Made by a program: the position numbers and the translations under genes. From contig JALRAP010000001.1 in the NCBI GenBank assembly GCA_023262505.1, positions 64,343 through 128,342 of the forward strand: a stretch of DNA of 64,000 bases. The letters run 5' to 3'. Position 1 is the stretch's first letter. Each line of letters begins with the position of its first letter. Source of the DNA: Bacteroidia bacterium. Its GTDB lineage: Bacteria > Bacteroidota > Bacteroidia > AKYH767-A > OLB10. Positions 57,925-64,000 of the stretch are shown here, one piece after another. The notes below the pieces were generated by a model. The model searched no databases, was not told where the DNA came from, and saw only the letters and a list, made by a program, of their open reading frames with translations.

Positions 57925-58842
57925 TTAAAAGTTTTGATTACTGATTTGTATTTCCCTTGGGGGGATGCGATAGGGCGCCCCACCAAACAATCTGATTACC
58001 CGCTGACCCTCTGAGCTTGCCACCCAAGCAGCAAAGCCAGTTGCCGGTCCTGCGTAAGGCTCTGAAGTTACCATCCAAACAGGTCGAAGCAATGGATATG
58101 TGCCGGTGAAAAGGGAAGCCTGAGAGGGATAAATCCTATTGGATAGGCTATCCGCAAATGGTATGATTTCCACTTTATTTAGACGGCTTTTTACTAGGGG
58201 GGATTTGCGTTCACAAAGATAATTCCAAGACACCACACCGAGAGACCCCTTGCCGAGTGCCACGCTATCAATTACAGCCTCCTGAGTCATTCCAAGACTC
58301 CAACGAATATTGCAGCTGGATGATACCCTGCGAGACAAGAAGTAATTGTTTTCGGAACCTGTTTTATCGGTGAACATGGTGTTGCTGGATTCAATTCCAT
58401 TTAAGTAAAAACAACTATCGTGCCGTAACGAAAAAGAAACAGAAGAGTCCTTTCCTAAAGACTTTGGTGCAACCAACACCAACCCATCTGTGGCAATGGG
58501 AGATACCTTTATCACCAATCCACGGCTTACCAAGGCCATCGAATCTTTTTCCGCCAAATCAATTCCAGTAACCACCATTCTGATGTTAGAATCAACTGTC
58601 CACTGATAAGGATTTCCGGATTTTGTGGAATCAATTTTTATCGCAACCAGCGGGTAAAGTCCCATGTAGGTTTCTGCTAACACCTTAACCAAAGGTAAAT
58701 ATGCAGGGTCTGTAGCAATAGTGAAATATCCTGAGAGCGGATCTCCCCGATCGTAATCGTTGTTTTGGTTACCGGAAGAGCAAGAACAAACCAGCAACAA
58801 GAAACTATAAATCAGTGAAAGAAAAAACGCACAGACTTTCAT
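57925..58842 (-). CDS. PstS-like periplasmic substrate-binding (PBP) domain lipoprotein
   Basis: Lipobox LLVCSC; PBP-fold pattern. This position between the TPR protein and tonB is conserved in Bacteroidota. Confidence 0.5.
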   Translation of the reverse strand: MKVCAFFLSLIYSFLLLVCSCSSGNQNNDYDRGDPLSGYFTIATDPAYLPLVKVLAETYMGLYPLVAIKIDSTKSGNPYQWTVDSNIRMVVTGIDLAEKDSMALVSRGLVIKVSPIATDGLVLVAPKSLGKDSSVSFSLRHDSCFYLNGIESSNTMFTDKTGSENNYFLSRRVSSSCNIRWSLGMTQEAVIDSVALGKGSLGVVSWNYLCERKSPLVKSRLNKVEIIPFADSLSNRIYPSQASLFTGTYPLLRPVWMVTSEPYAGPATGFAAWVASSEGQRVIRLFGGAPYRIPPREIQISNQNF

Positions 58843-59033
58843 TTTCGAAATCTTTGAAATACTGCATTTGCAAGTCTAAATAACCCGTAAGCCACCAAAA
58901 TCCAACCTATAGTTGAGAAGCCTTGCCTTTGACCTTGCTCGCTGAAAACCAACAAGAATCCGGCAGTTAAATAGACGGAGGCGATGGTGATTTGGTATGC
59001 CAGGGATTTGAAAACCCCGCTGGGGAACATCAC
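58839..59033 (-). CDS. hypothetical small two-TM membrane protein
   Basis: 64 aa; overlaps both neighbours by 4 nt (operon-embedded). Confidence 0.35.
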   Translation of the reverse strand: MMFPSGVFKSLAYQITIASVYLTAGFLLVFSEQGQRQGFSTIGWILVAYGLFRLANAVFQRFRK

Positions 59034-59821
59034 TTCAAAGAGAACCTGATGGGTAGGTTGTATTGAACGATTACAGACTGGCCGCGTTGTTTACCTGCAC
59101 GCCAAGCGGGCATAGACCTAACAACCCTCAAGGCTTCCTCATCACAGCCTCCTCCTATTCCGCGAAGAACCTTGGCTTCAGCCACCTTACCTTCTTTTCC
59201 AACTTGGAATGTTACGTATACCGTACCTGTGATTCCGTTTTCACGAGCGATTGCAGGGTACTTGATGTTGTCAGACAGATACTTTACTAATGATGATTCT
59301 CCTCCAGGGAAACTAGGCATCTCTTCTACTATGGTAAAGATTTCTGGTGGAGCCTCAACAACTGGTTCGTCTGGTAATTCGATGGCGTTTGGATCACCTT
59401 CCTGAGTAACCACACCAGCAGCAACGTCTTTCAACTCTTCTTGCGTGGGAGGTGGTTCATCATCTGGAACCTCTTCGTCTTTTACCACAACCGGGGGCGT
59501 AAACTTAATTGTTTGTTGCACAGGGGGTGGAGGCGGAACAGGGGGTGGGGGCGGTTGTGATTCATCTATCGGGGGAGGCTGCATCAAAGTAACCTCGGTT
59601 TCGGTGAAAGCGTCATTTTGCCCGACATTTTCATTAATCAACTTCAATATCAAAGGCATACAGATGAAAAGTATAACCGCAGCGGTTGATGCTACAAAAG
59701 CAACTAACAGCGTCTTGCTATACTTTTTTCTTATTTCGTAGGCGCCATAATCTTTATTACGGCCAACGAAAACCAACTCTACGCGGTCTTCGTTAATGCA
59801 ATTATCCCAAGCGACTTTCAT
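59030..59821 (-). CDS. tonB: energy transducer TonB
   Basis: N-terminal TM anchor, a Pro-rich spacer (PPPPVPPPPPV), and a C-terminal TonB domain (GITGTVYVTFQVGKEGKV...). Confidence 0.75.
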   Translation of the reverse strand: MKVAWDNCINEDRVELVFVGRNKDYGAYEIRKKYSKTLLVAFVASTAAVILFICMPLILKLINENVGQNDAFTETEVTLMQPPPIDESQPPPPPVPPPPPVQQTIKFTPPVVVKDEEVPDDEPPPTQEELKDVAAGVVTQEGDPNAIELPDEPVVEAPPEIFTIVEEMPSFPGGESSLVKYLSDNIKYPAIARENGITGTVYVTFQVGKEGKVAEAKVLRGIGGGCDEEALRVVRSMPAWRAGKQRGQSVIVQYNLPIRFSLK

Positions 59822-59833
59822 AGTGTTGTGGAT

Positions 59834-60439
59834 TTAGATTTTTTCGATCATTTCTATCTCGACTGGGGTGATATCAACTATCGCATAACGACCAATGTGA
59901 CAAACCGCCATCTCATCGAGTACATCCACTAGATTCTCGTAGTTGGCATTTTCCATAGACTTGATCAAAACAATTAGTCCCAATTTGTCTTGTTTGATCT
60001 CGCCAAGCCTCTTTTTGTAGTCCGGAGTCTTGATAAAACCTTTGTTTAAGGAGTCACGCAAAACTTCAGCTTTGGTGAAAACCCTGGAATTCTTTTGGAT
60101 GAGTGTTTTCCTCAAGCCAGTGGCAGACAAGTCGGTAATCATTGGTGTCGGATTATCGACCCCTTGATACCAAACCACTTTATCATCTTTACCCAAGAGC
60201 ACCGTTAAGGTGAGTGATTCAGCCACTTTCTGTTGCTGCTCTTCGTTATCTGGTTTAACTGGCATGTTAACCTCCATGGTTTTGGGTTTACTGAAGGTGG
60301 TGGTTAACATGAAAAAGGTCAACAGCAAGAATGCCAAGTCGACCATCGGGGTCATATCAATGTGGGTGGACGACTTCTTCTGTTTGACCTTGCCATCCTT
60401 TTTTCCACCACCGCCTTGTTCGGTATTCAGTTGAGCCAT
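59834..60439 (-). CDS. exbD: biopolymer transporter ExbD/TolR
   Basis: IDMTPMVDLAFLLLTFFMLTTTF single TM signature. Confidence 0.8.
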   Translation of the reverse strand: MAQLNTEQGGGGKKDGKVKQKKSSTHIDMTPMVDLAFLLLTFFMLTTTFSKPKTMEVNMPVKPDNEEQQQKVAESLTLTVLLGKDDKVVWYQGVDNPTPMITDLSATGLRKTLIQKNSRVFTKAEVLRDSLNKGFIKTPDYKKRLGEIKQDKLGLIVLIKSMENANYENLVDVLDEMAVCHIGRYAIVDITPVEIEMIEKI

Positions 60440-60454
60440 TGTGCCTTGCTGTGA

Positions 60455-61051
60455 TTAATTGGTTTGTTCAAGATTGGTGATGAGGTTGAATTTGTTGACC
60501 TTGTTTTCTTGTAGGATGTCGATCACACGCTTTACAGTTTTATAATCGGTTTCCCGATCTCCCTTAACCGCAATGCGGAACTGGGGGTTCTGCAAACGAC
60601 TGAAACGAATCCAATCGGAAAGCTGGTTGTTGGTAGAGTCCATGGGTACACCCTTTTGTTTGATTTTCTTACGACCTTCCTCATCCAATGGGAGAAGTCG
60701 CTTCAAATCTGTAATAGGTGCGCCGAATGAGGTCATAACAGAGAAGCGTTTCACCTCGTTTGCAGTGAATTGGATGTTATAGCGCTCTCCCATTTTCATA
60801 AGAACCTGCTCTCGATTCGATTGACCATCGATATTGAAGAAGCAACCTCCTTCGGGATCAATGGTGATGGTCATGATGTCGATATCTGGTAGCTTGATTT
60901 CCGATATGGATGATGGTGTATCAACCACTACCGGCTCATCAGCCCTGAATTTGGTGGTAAGCATGAAGAATGTTACCAGCAAAAACGCCAGATCCACCAT
61001 GGGGGTCATATCCAAAGCTGGAGACGACCGTGGGTAAGAAACCTTAGGCAT
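60455..61051 (-). CDS. exbD: biopolymer transporter ExbD/TolR (second copy)
   Basis: LDMTPMVDLAFLLVTFFMLTTKF. Confidence 0.8.
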   Translation of the reverse strand: MPKVSYPRSSPALDMTPMVDLAFLLVTFFMLTTKFRADEPVVVDTPSSISEIKLPDIDIMTITIDPEGGCFFNIDGQSNREQVLMKMGERYNIQFTANEVKRFSVMTSFGAPITDLKRLLPLDEEGRKKIKQKGVPMDSTNNQLSDWIRFSRLQNPQFRIAVKGDRETDYKTVKRVIDILQENKVNKFNLITNLEQTN

Positions 61052-61071
61052 CAGTTTAGTTTAGTGAATTA

Positions 61072-61878
61072 TCAGTGTTTCGCTGAGAAGCTTTGAACAA
61101 TGCTGTAACCTGCTTCATCGATGCCATATGTGATGGCGTCAATCTTTGTAGTGAAGAAATTGTACATGATGATCGCAACAGCCGAGGTACCGATACCTAG
61201 TGCAGTGTTGATTAGAGCTTCAGAGATACCATTCGCAAGAGCAACCGCATCAGGTGCACCCGCTGTAGCCATAGCCGCGAATGCCTTAATCATACCCAAT
61301 ACGGTACCAAGAAGACCCAAAAGTGTTGCAATAGAAGCAATGGTAGAAATGATAGAGAGATTTTTAGAGAGCATTGGCATTTCCAATGAAGTGGTTTCCT
61401 CTACACTTTTTTGAATGGCAGCTATTTTCTGTTCCTTATCCAAAACAGTGTCTTTGCTCATTTGCTGATAAGTTACCAACCCAGCATATATTACATTACC
61501 TACAGAGCCTTTTTGTTCTTGACAAGCCTTCAGCGCTTGATCGATGCTACCGGAATTTACCATTGAACGCACATCATGAAGGAATTGATTCACATTCTTC
61601 TTTCCTTGAGAGCGACCAATAGATACTAAACGCTCCACACAGAAAGTTATTACGATGAGCAACGTACTCATCAAGATCGGAACGATGTATCCGCCCTTAT
61701 AAACGATTCCGAGATAATTCCCAGGGAGCGGGTTGTTATCGGGATTATTCTCAATGAAATTGGCTGGATTTCCCAATACGAACAAGAAGATGATTGTGCA
61801 AATTACCAAAGACACGGGAATCACGGCGTAGGTGAAAACTAGACTTGCCGAACTTTGGCTTGATTTTTTAATTTCCAT
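61072..61878 (-). CDS. exbB: MotA/TolQ/ExbB proton channel
   Basis: Three TM helices; the C-terminal TolQ/ExbB signature (LGLLGTVLGMIKAF...) is present. Confidence 0.8.
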   Translation of the reverse strand: MEIKKSSQSSASLVFTYAVIPVSLVICTIIFLFVLGNPANFIENNPDNNPLPGNYLGIVYKGGYIVPILMSTLLIVITFCVERLVSIGRSQGKKNVNQFLHDVRSMVNSGSIDQALKACQEQKGSVGNVIYAGLVTYQQMSKDTVLDKEQKIAAIQKSVEETTSLEMPMLSKNLSIISTIASIATLLGLLGTVLGMIKAFAAMATAGAPDAVALANGISEALINTALGIGTSAVAIIMYNFFTTKIDAITYGIDEAGYSIVQSFSAKH

Positions 61879-62415
61879 GGTGTTTTTTAACAGGTTAAGG
61901 TTTAATGGAAGTTGGATTTTTTTGACTTTTAATGAGTTATAACAATGATATTGGATTCGAAATCGAGTGCAATTATAGTGTTTTCAGATGGTTTGAATGT
62001 TGTTGAAGGCGGATTAACGGATTAAAAACTGAGTAGCCCTCAATCAATTGGAATTACATTCATTGCAAATTTAATTAAAATGGCATATTTCTATCGAGTT
62101 GAACGCGCGCAATTGAACCTTGATTGTATGGGCTAGGGTGTTTTTACACTTCTGTTGCAAAAGAATACCTATCATGATATCTTGCATGACCTTGTTATTC
62201 AGTCTTTTGCAAAATGTGTAGTGTCGGTTTTTAAAAAATGATGTCTGCAACCATTGAAATCTGACATCTCTATTTTAATAAAAAAATAACATTGCCAAAG
62301 GCTCGAAATAGCCGTCAAAACCAAGTGATCCACTACTATTGTTTTGGAGGACTATCAGAAAACAAAATTTTATCAGTCATTTAAGGCCTTTGAAATCAAA
62401 GGGGTCATTTGCCTT

Positions 62416-62868
62416 TCAATATTTGACGGATATCTGAATGGCCTTATTCTGAGATCCAAGTAAAAATGAAGCATCCTCAAAACGAGGGGGGCCGAACATA
62501 TTGGTAGCGTCGTTGGATACTCCATACCCCTCCTTAGGGATACCCATGAAATTGGTATCGAGCTTGCCGTTGTTATTCGCATCATGAACGATCGATACCG
62601 CATATCGCCCAGGAGAGAGCCCCGAGAAAAGATGCTCCACCGAACTTGACTTTACCATGATCTTGGCCTGCATAACGGATTTGTCCCTTTCTCCAGGAAA
62701 ACCTTCCTTGGACTTGAACAACAATAAGCCAATGTTTCCCGACAAAGGACTTATCCCTTTCACAACAACCCTGATTTCAACCGAAGAATCCGGCCCCAAC
62801 TTATTCGAGAACGATCCGAACATCAACCAAGATAACATGGCAAAAACAACTACAGCGGTTTTTTTCAT
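62416..62868 (-). CDS. DUF2141-family secreted protein
   Basis: Signal peptide; HDANNNGKLDTNFMGIPKEGYGVSNDA...GPPRFEDA matches the DUF2141 signature. Confidence 0.55.
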   Translation of the reverse strand: MKKTAVVVFAMLSWLMFGSFSNKLGPDSSVEIRVVVKGISPLSGNIGLLLFKSKEGFPGERDKSVMQAKIMVKSSSVEHLFSGLSPGRYAVSIVHDANNNGKLDTNFMGIPKEGYGVSNDATNMFGPPRFEDASFLLGSQNKAIQISVKY

Positions 62869-62971
62869 ACTAAAACAAAGAATGCGATTTAAATGTGCGA
62901 AGTAAACTAATCATGCTTAAGATTAATAAACCTATTGATGTCAACAATAGTTTGGATACAAAAACACTTTT

Positions 62972-64000
62972 TCAATTTGAGAACCGAAAACAGTGCCAAT
63001 TGAATTTAATATCCGATTCGGTGATGTCTTTGGAATCGTCTGGCTCAAAGTTGATCCAATACCACGCCCCTGGAACCAGATCTAAAAAGTTATTCGAATA
63101 CTTTCCTGGAATATTATTGAAGTCAACCTCAAATCCTTTGACAAACGTGTTTGAGCGAATACCCAACTTGATTAGACAACCATTGTTCTCTCGACTCAGA
63201 ATGAATTCCGGTTCAGGTTTTTTCAATTCCAATTTACTTGGCTCGGTAAACAGAGCGACCGTTTCTGCCACGACTTGAATATCAGAAAACACCTTGAGTT
63301 CCCAAACCGCATTGTTCTCAGCCAATCCGCTCAGCAATGAATCCATTTTGACAGAATACAGCAAACGCGGCAGATTCGATGTGTCATCAAAATTGACGGT
63401 ATTAAAATTTTTCTGTTTGCCATCCAAATCCGAAACACGGCATTCCAATCTTAAAACCTTGTCTGATGGTGCATGAGTTTGATACCAAACTTCGGCATTG
63501 CCATTTGTAATTCTATATGAAAGTACAGAAGGAGCATACAACCTTTTAAGTGCGTAGTGGGCGGCCTTCCATGTGCCATCCTCTTCAATTGTACTCCAAG
63601 AGGCTCCATCCCATGCGTCATTCAACTGCCAATAAAGCGTTCCCATACATCTTGGATATTCCATCCTTTGACTTTCAATGGCAATTGACATTGCGTCTGC
63701 CTGATTCAATTGCGACAAATAGCAAAACTCTTCCGTTGATGCTACTTTACCATAGCGCTTCTGAATGTATTCCATCAACAATCGGTTCCCCTTGTAACTT
63801 TTCTGTCGAGCAGCAAGCCATTGAGAATTCAAGGTTATGTCCATGCCGCCGTTGGCACTTTTCAGTTTTTCAAAATGAGGCCATGACTGCATTCCGTATT
63901 CGGACATGAATCGAGGCACATTCACGCGAAAAGAGTCAATCGTTTCTTCGCCATGCCATACGCCCCAATAGTGCATGTTTAGATGGTCGAAATTGCCTCG
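62972..64000 (-). CDS. glycoside hydrolase family 2 beta-mannosidase-like, C-terminal part (N-terminal part outside the window)
   Basis: HYWGVWHG..., WPHFEK, YWQLNDAW motifs of GH2 beta-mannosidases; the ORF continues past the window edge. Confidence 0.55.
   Translation of the reverse strand, partial: RGNFDHLNMHYWGVWHGEETIDSFRVNVPRFMSEYGMQSWPHFEKLKSANGGMDITLNSQWLAARQKSYKGNRLLMEYIQKRYGKVASTEEFCYLSQLNQADAMSIAIESQRMEYPRCMGTLYWQLNDAWDGASWSTIEEDGTWKAAHYALKRLYAPSVLSYRITNGNAEVWYQTHAPSDKVLRLECRVSDLDGKQKNFNTVNFDDTSNLPRLLYSVKMDSLLSGLAENNAVWELKVFSDIQVVAETVALFTEPSKLELKKPEPEFILSRENNGCLIKLGIRSNTFVKGFEVDFNNIPGKYSNNFLDLVPGAWYWINFEPDDSKDITESDIKFNWHCFRFSN

Noticed and set aside
59445-59741. 98-aa Gly-rich plus-strand ORF
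   Set aside because: It is the antisense of the Pro-rich (CCN) TonB spacer, so GGN codons read as poly-Gly. It is an artefact.
1-64000. Mobile elements, prophage, integrase, tRNA/rRNA, CRISPR
   Set aside because: I saw no transposase, integrase, terminal inverted repeats or phage structural genes on either strand. The intergenic gaps of 100 bp or more (7820-7930, 21396-21503, 32880-33170, 54573-54832, 61879-62415) contain no cloverleaf-compatible sequence.

Overview
Bacteroidota-type chromosomal segment with T9SS cargo proteins, a TonB/ExbBD cluster and a Met-105 flavobacterial-type proteorhodopsin, densely coded on both strands. I found no rRNA, tRNA, CRISPR array or transposase/integrase. 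Coordinates I re-derived by counting the printed sequence may be off by 1; one printed line near 28800 disagrees with the ORF track by one base. Housekeeping genes: panC (C-terminal end) and panD, radA, ruvB, queG, lipB, purD, purQ, tdk, kup, a murF-alr fusion, an aroG/chorismate-mutase fusion, an acyl-CoA carboxyltransferase and a methylmalonyl-CoA epimerase. Three features stand out. (1) 9.2-24.6 kb is a contiguous island of seven secreted proteins, five of which carry T9SS C-terminal sorting domains. It includes two paralogous ~1150-aa BNR/Asp-box beta-propeller proteins, an SprB-repeat protein, a CotH-family kinase with a lamin-tail domain, an Ig-like-repeat protein, and a small secreted protein built from six in-frame 39-nt tandem repeats. 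(2) 33.2-35.0 kb holds a proteorhodopsin (DTE proton-pump motif, Schiff-base Lys, Met at the tuning position) followed by blh (beta-carotene 15,15'-dioxygenase). (3) 56.3-61.9 kb holds a TPR / PstS-like / tonB / exbD-exbD-exbB cluster. The most novel candidate is the CotH-like secreted kinase directly adjacent to the 13-residue tandem-repeat protein, which recalls the Bacillus CotH/CotG kinase-substrate pair.
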